From contig NC_043017.1 of NCBI RefSeq assembly GCF_006345805.1, forward strand, positions 14,694,001 to 14,758,000: a DNA stretch of 64,000 nucleotides, given 5' to 3'. Numbering within the stretch: the stretch's first letter is position 1; each line of letters opens with the position of its first letter. The notes below the pieces were generated by a model, which worked only from the letters and a program-made list of their open reading frames with translations, had not been told where the DNA came from and did no database searches. The position numbers and the translations under genes are program-made. Shown piece after piece: positions 40,728 through 54,119 of this stretch. The DNA is from Octopus sinensis (Eukaryota).

Positions 40728-42142
40728 AATATATTTTGTCAATTGTTTCAGGAAAAGAGAAAAAAATTAATTATGAAGTAGTCATTGCTACAAGGAATGG
40801 TCTATTATTGGAATATATCTGAGTAGCTTGATGTCAGTGAAGAATGGTGAATAACCTTTATAACAGTTTCCTATTAAGCCAGCTCTAAGATAAGTGTAGG
40901 CACGACTACCAAGTTAACACGTTTGTTTTGAATTTTTATGATTTTGGGTTTAATCCCATAGATTGACACCTTGGGCAAGGATCTTTTACGTTACCCTTCC
41001 ATGAACCAAAGTCTTCTGAGTGAAGTTTCTGACAGAGAAACCTTCTGAAAACCCGATGGAGCAACAGTGTATGTTTAGAGGTGATCGGATCGATCTCTAA
41101 TATCCCCAAATTTAGTAGAGTCCCGTTTGTGGCAGACATTTAGACTAGGTTACTAGTTTATGCAACGTTCTTCCCTCCCCTTCGAAGTCACTGTAGAGGG
41201 ACACGGGCACAGCCCTTACTTTTCTGACCGAGCGATGAAACAGAATTGATATCGCAACTAAAGGCTTGTGTGATATGTTGAATATATCTGTTCAGTTTAT
41301 TAACATTGAACCAAGACGACTCTTGCAATTCTCCAACCTGAATTGACACTCTGAATTTTGATCACGGCACGATTTGATCTCAGAGTATAGAGAGTTGGAA
41401 CAAAAGCACAATAAATTTTACTCTCTACTCACTATCTTACATATATTTAAGTACAGTTTTTAAGATCAACAGATGCAATGATATACGTCTGGGGTAGAGG
41501 ATAACGTTTCACTGAGTTGAAACAGATATCTCGAAGTTTTACATTACAAGATAAAGAAATTTCTTACTACGACATAAAATATGCTTTAATAAATATCTAG
41601 AACATCTGCTGGCATCTTGGAAAAGGACTTCTACACGGCTGCTCAACTTGCTAGAAATAATAGTCAAATCTGCCATAATTCACAATGTAAGGCTTTTACA
41701 GAAAAGAAGGAAAGGTCATTGGACTATGAAGTTCTTCGATCCTTGTGTGCAGCGATACACTGATAAATAAAGCAAGACTGTCATGCTTGGAACGCCTTAG
41801 CTAATCTACTACTACTAGTTAATGTTACAGAAGAAATTAGGGAAGTAGTAAGATGTTGTGGAGGCTACAGTTTATTCATCCGGTTTATGGACATGTGACT
41901 TTTTTATGGTTTACTGAGACAAGGAGGAACAGTAGCAGCTATTGTAGTTTTAAGGGACTCAGTTGCAGGAAGCATCAGACTGGAAACCTAAATCTAATAC
42001 ATACAACAGACTGGATTCCGCTAAGGGTATTCAGAGGTCTGAAAGCGGTGTCAAACCAGGAGAAAGATTAAGTGTACAAGAACGATACCCCAACTACAAG
42101 GCTTCTACAGAGTCCAGGGCGCAATATTAATTAATGAATTTA

Positions 42143-42345
42143 AGGCGGGGCGTTTGCATGCCGGTCAAAATGCGTAGCGGCATTTTGTCCGTCTCTACGT
42201 TGTGCTTTCTAATTCCAGCGAGGTTGACTTTGCCTTTTATCCTTTCGATTCGATAAAATAAGTTCTAGTTGAACACAGAGTTTGATGTAATCGACTTATC
42301 GCACATCTAAAATTACTGGCCTTGTGCCTAAACTTGAAGCCAATA
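42143..42345 (+). mobile_element. SINE family A, degenerate
   Basis: GAGGTTGACTTTGCCTTTTATCCTTTCG...GATGTAATCGACT...GGCCTTGTGCCTA. Confidence 0.75.
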
Positions 42346-43419
42346 TTAATAAATGACCAGGGAACAGGAATCATATAATCAACTTCATTATTTTACACCG
42401 TTTTCTGCAATAAAAAAGTGCAGATCTTATATATTTAAAGAGAAACGTACATTTCCTGTATTATATCTTTTGGACCATCTGTAATTCAACGTGTACTGTG
42501 GCGTAAAATCAACTGTAGGAGTAACCTGAATTTATTTCTGACTAATGCCAATAATGTAAAGTGATAGTAAAAGTACTTTCCAGTGTCTAGGAGTGCAGAG
42601 AGCTTTTATAATAACGCCACATGTTACTATTGACTATGTTCTAAGCAGTTTGATCGATTATTATCTCAGACTCACTGAAACCGGGCTTAGTCATAAAAAT
42701 GTACAGTTTACACTAAGTATTGGCAAGTATGCCTATTATGTCTAAAGCTTGTAACATTCACTCTGTAATTTACATAGAATGTGAAGTAGCAAGATGTAAA
42801 TCAAACTAGAAAGGAGACAAGGAGAGAAAAAAGATTGAAGTTTGTAGGTTACGGAGCCGAGAGTAGAGTCAACGTTGGTAGAGAAGTAAAGACAACATTA
42901 ATGGAATAAATCTTAGGTTAGTATCAATTATGTGTAATTATTTTGTATTCCATGGAAGGATGAAAGTCCACACCATCAATCAGGCCTTCATTTGAAACTC
43001 TGAACGCAGAAATACGATAATAAATACTGGAAGATATTTAATCCATCATTCCTCAATATTTGTCGTCTAACATCCATTCGAAGCTATTTCAGTTTATAAA
43101 ACAAACACATTTTGATCGGAAATAATTGCTGTCTTGGACTCCTGCTTCGGAGCAAAACACACACACATACACACACACACACAATTCCTTCATTCCTTAT
43201 TAAATTCTTATATAAACACGAATCTATTCATTTCAGGGGAAGGAAAAGAAGCAGAGGGGATTAGATAAACCCCACAGCTCGATTGGTTCTTTATATTATC
43301 GATCCCTGGAGGAATGAAAATAAACTTGATGTTAGAAGGATTTGAACACACTGGCAGAATGATTAGAGCGTCGGACAATGCCTCAGAATTTTCAATTATT
43401 ACACAACATGATAATTTGA

Positions 43420-43770
43420 CCCGCTAGAAATAGCAGCCGTATCTCCCTCCAAGCACACCTCAATGACTCACAAAACGGCATTTTGGGTAATGTGAGTTTG
43501 TATTTTCTTTACAATGGAAAAAGGAGACAGGGGGGGGGTCATGGCTGAAGTGTCTTTGATCCTGTTTGCTGGATCAGCGGTGACCTACAACCAAACAACT
43601 GATTGAAATAGTAGCCAAACTTCCCTCAAATCAAACACAACATTCTCAGAAAGTAACAACACAATGGAGAGTATTTACTCCAAGATTCTCACAATAGAAT
43701 GGAAGTCATGGTTGGAACGCTGTTGATCATGAATCTACTCAATTATTAGCGACCTAGAGCTAAATGCAAA
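43420..43770 (+). mobile_element. Two tandem degenerate family D repeats
   Basis: GCTAGAAATAGCAGCCGTATCTCCCTC and GAAATAGTAGCCAAACTTCCCTCAAATC heads, each followed by GTCATGG...TTGATC...TGACC/GCGACC. Confidence 0.45.
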
Positions 43771-45077
43771 AAAAAAGAAGAAAAAATAACAGCAACAGTT
43801 AACAATCAATGTGTATTATTAAAATATAGTGAATACAATCTTATCTGAACTTAGAACCCAGATTAAGGAAAATTAAGAATATTTTGGTGATGCTTATTTC
43901 TACGAGTTTCCAAACACGTTCGTTTTTCACATCGGTATTTACTGCTTTCAATTATCTGTTTGTTGACATTTTGGCTTTACAAGTGCAAACTTATATCTGC
44001 ATATTTTCTATAACACTTTCTGCGACATTGTTCTGTTGACTCTGCATGGTTTATGTAAAACATAGGCTTTACAGTTGAAAACATTTATATAAACTTTGAC
44101 TTGACTGAGAACTTGGAATTTTAAATTTGAACTCTCTATGTCTGAATATTGCTCTATGTTAACTTAATTATTATTGAATTATTCCACCAACAAAATCTGA
44201 AGAGGCCCATATTTGACTGGATGTCGGAAATAAAAGACAAATTGTATACAATTCATTACTTTTGATATCCTTATAAAGAACTTTTTCACATACCTGCATT
44301 TGGTCACCCCTCTCCATAATTAGAACAGGCATGGTTCTAATTTAACAGCTACCAATCAGTTAACAACTATAACCCCAAAACAGATACTTGTCTCTGATTA
44401 AACAGGCATTTTTCAAATTAAATATTTTTCTGATTAAACAAGCGTTTGTTAAATGAAGCACATTTTCCCTCGATCGCATTGCACGTTTTTTACAAACTCA
44501 TTAAGGATTTCTCACTGTTAGCAAATATCTTAAATCATTTGTTGCATTCCCTGTTGAATTCTGCATTATTCTAAGCCCACAACTACAAACTCCACACCAT
44601 GGTATTATACTACCATAAGATCGAAAGAGGTAGCTTTTCTGTTGGTAGGAATGAACAGGAAAACTATTTGTAATCTATTATTGTTGCGTGTGATATGGAG
44701 TTTCCATGGGAGACCGTCATGGGGCTTCCCTTTCGCCTGACTTCAGCTATTGTTTTTATAAGACACGATATTGTCGGCTGCAGACAAACAAATTTACTAG
44801 GCTTAGCTGGTCACTAGATACGGACAAGTTTGAATATATCTCACTGTTATTACAAAGCGAGGGAAGAAATATCACAAAGCATCTTCTCAAACTCAAATTT
44901 GTATATATCTATTTAAGTATATGTTAATAGATGGCGTTGATAACTACTAAATTTACATCACTGTATGTTATACAGAACAATATAATTGTATTACTATATA
45001 CCTAGTCTAATATATAAAAAATATATACACTTATACATACGTAGATATAATACTATAGCCATGTCACTATATAATTG

Positions 45078-45123
<46 letters not shown>

Positions 45124-46644
45124 ATATATATCAACTATTTTATATAAAATAATACAATCGTAAGTTTGTAACTTGTAATAAGTCACTTGCTGTGAAATAC
45201 AGACAATTCACGCGAAGCCTCATAAATAAAATGTCAATTTAGCTAAAAGCACATCCACCACTAAAATTGCTATTTTATCTCTAAAAAATAATACAGAAAT
45301 TGAGTAAACCGGAGGTGGTCTACGTCGGCAATGATTATATAAAAATGTTCCTGAGGTTCGATAATTTTGTAATATGGAAAAGTATATTGGATACTGAATT
45401 TAAAAAAGTGAAATTCTCTCTTTGTCAGAGATAGAGGGCAGCTCTTCCCTAAGCTTCAGATCCCTAATCTCATGATATACTGTCTTACTTTTTTCTCTCA
45501 GATTAAGCGGCAATCCCTTAAATCCCTCAGCTTCTTCGAATACTCACAGCATCCAAGCTTATTCAACTCAACAACTTTGCTATAATGTACCATCTAGCTT
45601 TTACGCATTTAGAGTAGATTTTGTCCGGTGTATGAGTGGGGGGGATATATATTTAGATTTATATAGAACATGGTTTGGAAGTAATTAAAAATAATATAAA
45701 TTGCAGTTTATATGTTAGCAGGAAGGTTGTGAATTAAGATTTGAATTATTAAGCAATACATGACAGGTTTCAATATTGATTTCAGCAACGTATTACAGAT
45801 GTTTATGAATAGAAATTCATTTCGAATGCTACACACTTCCAGTAGATAATTTTGTTATGTGAGAATGGTGAAAATGGACGTTAATTTTTACAGAAGTTGC
45901 AGGAATGAGTTACTGCTTTTGGCGGTTGTTTAGTTAAGCACATGCCTTATATTGGGACCAGCTGAGGAGTTTTGTTCGAAACAGATATTATATTGATACA
46001 AAGGAGGTTCTAGGTGTGTAACTCTATGGTAAATAAGTTGAAAAATGACTTTTGGCTTCAAGTTACGCATCCATTCATTGTCCCATGTCCACGTGACTCG
46101 TTGAATTTCGTTTAGTCCACGCAACGACACGAAAATGGTTTGAATTGGGAAACTTGACTGAAACTGTGTTGTAACTGCTATGAAACTCCTCTTCTGTCTC
46201 CAACGACTGCAGTGCTAGTCTGTAGAATAAGGTAGGTGTACCAAATCATGACCAGTAAATCGGCCCGCAACAACTGTTTGTTGCTGTCATATGAAGTGGT
46301 TAACTGAGAACCGTTGAGATCGGCTCTGTGTAGAACTGAAGTAAATTCTTTTGGAAAGGGAGCTATCAATGAAAACTGCTCTGAGAAATGCAAGAACGTG
46401 CCTTTCCTTTATAATAGCGTATTTCGGGAAGAATTCGTTGTTTACTTTAGTACATCCGTGATCTTATTTTGGCTTCTATGGTGGTACTATTAAGATGTGT
46501 TCCATCCACAATAAGGATGGTTCAATCCTCGTCGTCAGACCACTGTCGATAAAGCAATTTTCATGTTAATAGAGACAGTTTCGGTGACATCACTTTCTCT
46601 AAAAAATATTAGGCTCTAACTTTGTACCTCGCCATATAAATAAG

Positions 46645-46680
46645 ATGGTCGGCGTCACACTGCTGCTGGTTCTGCTCACA
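46645..46680 (+). CDS. Candidate first coding exon, signal-peptide-like MVGVTLLLVLLT
   Basis: ATG followed by 11 mostly hydrophobic codons, then the donor ACA|gtgagt. No matching downstream exon identified. Confidence 0.25.
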
Positions 46681-46977
46681 GTGAGTCGGCATTGGTGTTA
46701 TTGAATCACCATAATCTGCAAATCAAAATGTGTGACTGCTAGTTCATATCACCGACACACCAAGAATTATTGTATTTTTCTTGGTCAAAAATAAGTCGCA
46801 AAGTTCCTGCATACACACATACACTACACATATACACAAACGCACACATACATTACACACATGGTAAATGATCGATATTTTCTATTTCATATTGATTTCT
46901 TACTGCCCTGTTCCTGTGATCGATAACTTAAGTACACATTGATATGTTCTGAACAACTACCTAGACTATTCCCTGTT

Positions 46978-47055
46978 AATTAAGGCCATTCATATAAAAC
47001 CTTTCAATTAAGATATTTTAATTAAGACCCCCTTAATTAAAACTGATCAATTAAG
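46978..47055. other. Cluster of five AATTAA motifs at about 14-bp periodicity
   Basis: Starts at 46978, 47006, 47020, 47035 and 47049; four read YAATTAAG. Confidence 0.6.
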
Positions 47056-47566
47056 ACTTATTGATACAAATTCTACATAAAATGTAATGAAGACAAACAT
47101 CAAATTTTGTCGTTCATATTTTGCTGCCGCAGTCAGTTTGTAAATGGTTGAGAGGATACATCAAGCACCCATCCCCCACTGTCTTGAAGGGCTTCTAAAG
47201 GGTACAGTTAGCGTCCCTTCTACCAAACAAAACTGATAAAAACAATCATACACACTATCTTGGAGGAACCGCATATGTCACTAATTAAAGAACTGAATTC
47301 CACTCAATATTGATTCCAAACCAATATTGATAGCAATTGGTTCGGGATTGTCTGATTTTCTCTCACGATTCAATATAATGCCTTGACAGAAGTGCTAAAG
47401 CGTCGGAGAAACCATCTTTTGGTATTCACCTATGGCCCTTTTCCCGCTGAGTTCTAATCTATATTATAACCCAATAAGGAAGCAGCGGACAGTCTTGGAG
47501 ACCTAGAATCTATCTCATAACAAATATTTGTATGTGATACAAAATATTTAATTATACCTGCCTTCT

Positions 47567-47608
<42 letters not shown>

Positions 47609-49140
47609 ATATATTATATATATATATATATATATACATCACAAAGCCTTAGAAAGCTAAGTAACCTATTTCTTTTTAAGATTTTAAAATCTTAAAATTT
47701 TAAATATTTTAATAAGTCTTATTGTATTATTTTGTATACTATATAAATACTGATTGTTATGTAATGATTTAGCTGTTGAAGTTATGTATATAATTATATA
47801 ATTATTAGATTTTAACTCTACGTTTATTTGTAAGATTTTACTTAGCCAAAGAGATATATAGATCGTTAATAGTTATACGATTTTTTAAAGTTAGGTTTGT
47901 GGTTTTAATTTGATTTAAAATTTTTTTAATGTATCTCATAATTTTGATTGTATAATGCCCTACTGTGAAATTTGGCAGACGGAAACCGTGTAGCATCCCT
48001 GCGGCTTGGTTAGAAGAATTAATTCATCGTCTGGTCTTTGGATGGCCTTAATGTAACTCACTCTGCTGTAAGGTTCCAGGCCAGAATTTGAATCTAAGAA
48101 TAAATCTCCTTCCTCCTCCTACCAGTCTTAAAGACACCCACCCCCCAGCCAAAAAAGGTCAATGACGTTGCCATTCCCCCCTCTGATTAAGTCACAAACA
48201 TTCTTTTAAAGATTCCGACTTCAACTCCTTGTTGCGGTCAGTGTTTTCAGTGGTCTAGTCGATGTTGTTGGTGGTGGTGGTGATGGTGCTGAGAGAGAAG
48301 GAAAACCAATCCACATCAATGCAATTGTTTAAAAAAAATTAAACTCGTTCTGCAGGAGCAACCATAGAAAATATAATTTTGTAAAAGCTTTAACCGGGAA
48401 ATGCTTTCGAGAATAGAACTGAAGAAATATATTATAGTAGAGAGTACCTTTAAGAAAAACAACGAAATGTGTATGATTGGCGACTGTCTGTTTCGCGATG
48501 GAATCGTTTGGTTTCAAGGCACGGTGTCCGTCAAGTCATTTACTACACCAGTAGGAATCTGATACTACAGAAATAGTCATGGATTTCCGTCGTATGACGA
48601 CGAGAATTAAGTTGTTTGATTATCTGAATTACCTACTCCTGAATTAAGTGATTTAGTATTCCACAAACAGTTGTGCCTTTAACGTAAGCTTCCGATAGGG
48701 TCAGCGTAGCACAGAGTGTGACAATGCTGCAGAGTTCGAATTTTGGGTACAAACCGGCTGATGAGTTTCAATGCAGTTTCCATCAATCCGATTTCATAAG
48801 GCATGAATTTTTTCAACTGTTCCTCCACTGAATGTCAACGAGAGAAACTGAATCTGGCAGAAATACACGTTTCTTTCCAAGTTTAAAGTTTTGTTAATAA
48901 TAAACCGTTGAATGTTTGCATTAGATTTCACCCTCGATTTAATGAGTCGACTATAATTTCTTGCTTCTTCACCGAATCCTTGTTCTCTCATCTCTAAACA
49001 TTTTAATCTTTACTGTACATTGTAAGTTGCATCATCGGGACTCGTATCTGGTTCCCGAGTTTAAGCTCGTATCTGTCACACGGCAGTGCTATCACTATAA
49101 CAACAAAAACTGTACTACTACTATTAAAAATTTCAAATTT

Positions 49141-49332
49141 TAGCTCAAGGCCTGCAAATTCGGAGGAGGGAGGCTACTTAATTACAACAACCCCACTACT
49201 TGACTGGTGCTTATTACATCGACCCAGAAAGGATGAAAGGCAAAATGAATCTCTGCGGAATTTGAACTCAGAACGTAAAAGCAGTCGAAATACCGCTAAT
49301 CGTTTTGTCCGGTGTGCTAACGATTCCGCCAA
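49141..49332 (-). mobile_element. SINE family A
   Basis: GAAAGGATGAAAGGCAAA...GGAATTTGAACTCAGAACGTA...GCTAACGATTCCGCCA. Confidence 0.8.
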
Positions 49333-49431
49333 TAATAATACTGGATTCATGATTTCAACTAACCTCCCCACTCCTCAGAATTACTGACCTTCTACCAAAA
49401 TTTCATACCATTATCAAGATCTTTCCAAGTG

Positions 49432-49655
49432 CAGTGAATTGGCCGAATTGTTAGAGCGTCGCAAAAAAAGACGTGACTTTACTGCTGCTCTTTATATTCT
49501 GAGTTCAAATTCTCCCGGTATCGTCTTTGCCTTTCATTCTTTCGAGGTCGATGAAGTCTACTTGTTGAGTATTGGGGGCTGATGTAATCAACTAGTCCCA
49601 ACACCCCACAAAATTTCCGGCCTTGTGTCTATAGTAAGGATTATTATTATTATTA
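49432..49655 (+). mobile_element. SINE family A with (ATT)n tail
   Basis: B-box GAGTTCAAATTCT, 3' end GGCCTTGTGTCTATAGTAAGGATTATTATT. Confidence 0.75.
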
Positions 49656-49857
49656 AGGCGGTGATGTGGCAGAATCGTTAGCACGCCGGACTAAGTGATT
49701 AACGGCAAACGTTCTGAGTTCAAATTCCGCCGAGGTCGACTTTGCCTTTCATCCTTTTGGGGTCAATAAATTAAGTACCAGTCAAGTACTGGGATCCATG
49801 TGATAAACTATCCTGCTTCCCTAAAATGTCAGGCCTTGTGCAAATTTATAGAGAATT
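49656..49857 (+). mobile_element. SINE family A directly after the previous copy's tail
   Basis: GGCGGTGATGTGGCAGAATCGTTAGCACGCC...GAGTTCAAATTCCGCCGAGGTCGAC. Confidence 0.85.
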
Positions 49858-49864
49858 AGTGGTG

Positions 49865-50185
49865 GGGAAGTGCGACGACGTTCTTGGGGCGCCGACGAGA
49901 TCGAACTGGCTCGTCTGTTCCGGAGGACTTTCCGGCCGGGAACTATCATGGATGATTTTCAGATGTCCTTGGCCTAGCAGTGCTACCGAGGGGTGTGCTA
50001 CAGATTTGAGATAAACTCTACAGGTATGGATGTTCTGTCAGACGGACTTGTCCGAGGTGCACGCAGAGTGGCAAAACCGTATGATGCACGCCCTCGTTCA
50101 GCGTCCGGCCATCGCTAACTCGTGGGGTTATGTTGAACAGCTGCTGTCATGTGCGGGATAGATCTGTCTGTTGGTCGTGTCTGTA
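49865..50185 (+). mobile_element. Tx1/L1-clade LINE, decayed C-terminal zinc-finger region
   Basis: Across frameshifts: ELARLFRRTF...FQMSLA*QCYRG...DKLYRYG...TCPRCTQSGKTV-HALVQRP...WGYVEQLLS, resembling the CCHC region of Tx1-type ORF2. Confidence 0.65.
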
Positions 50186-50419
50186 GGTGACAAATTGGTA
50201 GAATCGTTAGCGATTTGGACAAAATGCTTAGCGGTATTTCTTCCGGCTCTTTACGTTTTGGGTTCGAATAGCACCGAGGTCATATTTGCAATATCCTAAT
50301 AACGTATAAGCGGTTAATCAACTACATACCGTAGTAGGTATTTCGGGTTTTCTTTTTAAACACTTTCAGAACATTTTCACTGCTTAGAAACAATAAGGGT
50401 TCGTTCTTTATTGTTACTA

Positions 50420-50434
50420 ACAGCAGAGGGCGCT
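50420..50434 (+). promoter_or_regulatory. CTCF-like motif ACAGCAGAGGGCGCT
   Basis: Matches the CTCF core CCASYAGRKGGCRS except at the first base. Confidence 0.35.
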
Positions 50435-51155
50435 TCAGTGACAGAAATTGTAGAGAGTTACACTTAATTCATTGCCATGTTTTATTTATTCTTTTTATTC
50501 TTTTATTTATTTCACTCGCTGGGCCGAGGTCATGCTGGGACACGAATTTGAAGGGTCTTAGTAGATGATACCGACCTTGTACTTATTTCATCCTGGTGCT
50601 CATTGTAATTGACTTTCTTCTATCGAACCGCTAAGTTACGACTCACAACATAACGCAATAGATACAGAATACTGATGAATCGGCGAGAATATAAACATAA
50701 ATACGAACGAACAAATGCACATACTCACACAGTACACTCGACACGATTAGAATAGAAGATAGGACTCAATACTTGTGTAGCGGAGCAATGTTTTGCCTTT
50801 CAAACAGTTGAAATTTTCACAGTGACTGGTTGTTTGGTACTGTACGGAAATTTTGGGATACTGCAGGGAAGGTTCCCACCCTACGAGACAGGGCTTTTAG
50901 TCATTATAAGACATTGAACTTGCCAATACCTACAATTATGTGGAGGTGACAGGGGGCGCGTGTGCATCTACGTAAATGTATTTATGATATATTGATTTGA
51001 TTGGGATTGCAAATTTCGCCTTTAACGAGCATTTTAACTGGATGAATAAGACGTTAATGGCGGATCTTAAAAATCCAAATCAATGTAGACAACAATAACC
51101 TTTACTGATCAACGATACCAAATAATATGTACATGCACGCACGCACGCACACACC

Positions 51156-51208
<53 letters not shown>

Positions 51209-51217
51209 ACATACAAG

Positions 51218-51248
<31 letters not shown>

Positions 51249-51403
51249 TCACATTTACAGAAGGCCTATTAATAGTTTCATGGTTTAAGACACATTAAAT
51301 TGGCAGATCTATATAACATGCCATCTGTTTGTCTCACTGGATAGATTACCTTTTTTGTGAATCTACCTATAATGTAAAGTCTGTTCATCTGTCTGTCTGT
51401 CTC

Positions 51404-51465
<62 letters not shown>

Positions 51466-51679
51466 GCTAATCCAAAACACGAAAAAAAAAATAAGAGAAA
51501 AACAAAAACTCGAGGACGTGGTACCTGCAAAGTATTAAAAGATGCTCAGGAAAGGAAAGAAAGGGTGTTTTACGTTTCGAGCAAAGCTCTTCTTCAGAAA
51601 AAGGAGACAGAGGAAAGTCCAAGAGAAAAGAAAGACGGAGGGGAAAAATCGCCAGCAATCCATATGTAGTTACAGTCTG

Positions 51680-51727
51680 GTATGTACACATACATACGTA
51701 CGTACGTACATACATACATACATACAT

Positions 51728-51778
<51 letters not shown>

Positions 51779-51905
51779 TACATACATACATACATACATA
51801 CATACATACATACATACATACATACGTACATACATACATACATACATACATACATACGTACATACACACACACACACACACATACATACATGCATGCATG
51901 CATAT
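51680..51905. repeat. Compound (TACA)n/(CA)n microsatellite
   Basis: Direct reading. Confidence 0.9.
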
Positions 51906-52420
51906 AAGGTAGGATTTCAAGCAGTTTCTATCACCAAAATTCTTCTCGAGGTAGCAGTACCGTAGAGAGGAATTTCACCAGACTTCTTGCAATCGAGAAG
52001 TGAACCGTTTAATCACATGGCCATTTCTGCTTCCAGGTTCACCTTAACTAACTGACTCTACTCTTCATCGTTCTAGGGTTACTAAAACACATTAATTAAT
52101 ATATCAAGCAACTACATTCGATTTTACCCACCCTTGTGTATTTATGATCTAGCGGCAATGATAAACAAATCGATAGTTTTACTTACCATTCTTATAATTC
52201 CCCAATATATAAATATCCAATAATTTCACTTAATCAAATTATATTGAAAAATCTAAGTTTTCATGGCCGTCTTTTTTTCCATATTGTATATCATAAAACT
52301 CAATTTTATCCCAATAAATACCACCAGCTAAAATATATACATCTCTACTCAAACGTACAGCTTTCTTACTCTGTTAAAAAAATTTATTTTTATTTCTATC
52401 ATTTTCCTACATCTATAAAA

Positions 52421-52577
52421 CAACACACCAGTTGACTTTTGGCAAATAAAATTTAAAATTTCTTTTATGATAAAAATCCCCACTTATCTGAAACGGAATA
52501 TGCAACTAAAAGAAAGCTACGAAAGCTATCAACAAAATAAGCAAATAAAAAGAGAGATAGGAAGTTCATCTGGAATT
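52421..52577 (+). repeat. 157-bp direct repeat, copy 1
   Basis: 153/157 identical to 53852-54008 (offset 1431). Confidence 0.9.
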
Positions 52578-52991
52578 TTCTTATATTCCATTCTTTACCG
52601 ACGAATTTTGTTTGTTTTGCTATCGAATTTCAAATTGATTTTAAATTTCCACATGATAGATTACAATCAGTCAGGTAGTCACTGCATTTCTTTGATCTGT
52701 CAACTTAATGACTGAAGTGCATTTTCATAATTACACTTATGTGAATATCTTGGTAATTTGTTTCATTTTCGATTTTGTTATTGGGGATTTTTTTTTAATG
52801 GATATATTTGTCCTCGTTCTTTATTTCTCCTCCTTTCTACCTTCAAAACTGTAACAGCCTACACGCATGCGTACATTTATAAACGCATGTGTGTGTGTGT
52901 GGTTGATATATATATATGTATGTATGCAATATATGGAGAAAGAAACACGTGTGTGTGTAAATATATATATATATATCTATATATGTGTATG

Positions 52992-53046
<55 letters not shown>

Positions 53047-53067
53047 CTATGTATTTATATATATCTA

Positions 53068-53133
<66 letters not shown>

Positions 53134-53381
53134 CCTATATATGTATGTATGTGTGTGTGTATGTATATATATCTATATCTATCTATATATATATATGGTG
53201 GTTGTCTACTCCTTATACAGAATCTGACCACCTGTTGTACTTACACCTTAGATCCATCATGGCGTCTGATGTGGCTTTTTAAACCAGACAATGTTTTGAA
53301 AAGATACCCACTGAGATTGCACATGCATATATCGATACATACATACATACGTGCACACATACGTACATACATATGTATATT

Positions 53382-53582
53382 CTTTTAATCTTTTACTTGT
53401 TTCAGTCATTTGACGGCTGCCATACTGGAACACCACCTGTAGTCAAACAAATCGACCCCAGGACTTATCATTTGTAAGCCTAGTACTTATTCTATCGTTC
53501 TCTTTTGACGAACTGCTGAATTACGGGGACATAAACACACCAAAATCAGTTGTCAAGCGATGGTTGGCGGACTAACAGACAC

Positions 53583-53585
<3 letters not shown>
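53382..53585 (-). mobile_element. SINE family B, 3' half
   Basis: CTTTTACTTGTTTCAGTCATTTGACGGCTGCCATACTGG...TTACGGGGACATAAACACACC. Confidence 0.85.
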
Positions 53586-53636
<51 letters not shown>

Positions 53637-53640
<4 letters not shown>

Positions 53641-54119
53641 ATATTTCGGAATGGTCATATTGCCAGTTTAGCCAATAAAAACACACGCACTATATATTTG
53701 GTGTTATTTTGTTTCAGTGTTATTTATTTTTTACATTAATCTTAATCTTATTTCGGCCAGAGTTCTTTCGTCACACTCCTGTGACCGCATCATTGGTCCT
53801 TTGTTTTCTTCAACGTATGTGACAAATCTTACTGCATGTGCCGGATTTATCCAACACACCAGTTGACTTTAGGCAAATAAAATCTAAAATTTCTTTTATG
53901 ATAAAACCCCCCACTTATCTGAAACGGAATATGCAACTAAAAGAAAGCTACGAAAGCTATCAACAAAATAAGCAAATAAAAAGAGAGATAGGAAGTTCAT
54001 CTGGAATTCCTTCCACAGATATGAGGAGTTCGAGTAAAATCTGATGATTTTTCCTCTTTCAGGAACGGCTTGGTGCATTGGTGAACGACCGGCAGGACAA
54101 CCCATTGAGAGATGTTACA
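53637..54119. mobile_element. Probable solo LTR (TG...CA) containing copy 2 of the 157-bp repeat
   Basis: Begins TGTTATATTTCGGAATGG after a TA run and ends GAGAGATGTTACA. I recall both termini as one octopus repeat. No clean TSD is visible. Confidence 0.45.
53852..54008 (+). repeat. 157-bp direct repeat, copy 2
   Basis: 153/157 identical to 52421-52577. Confidence 0.9.

Noticed and set aside
47674-47697. 24-bp perfect palindrome TTTTAAGATTTTAAAATCTTAAAA
   Set aside because: It is almost entirely A/T in a very AT-rich tract, with no associated element or context.
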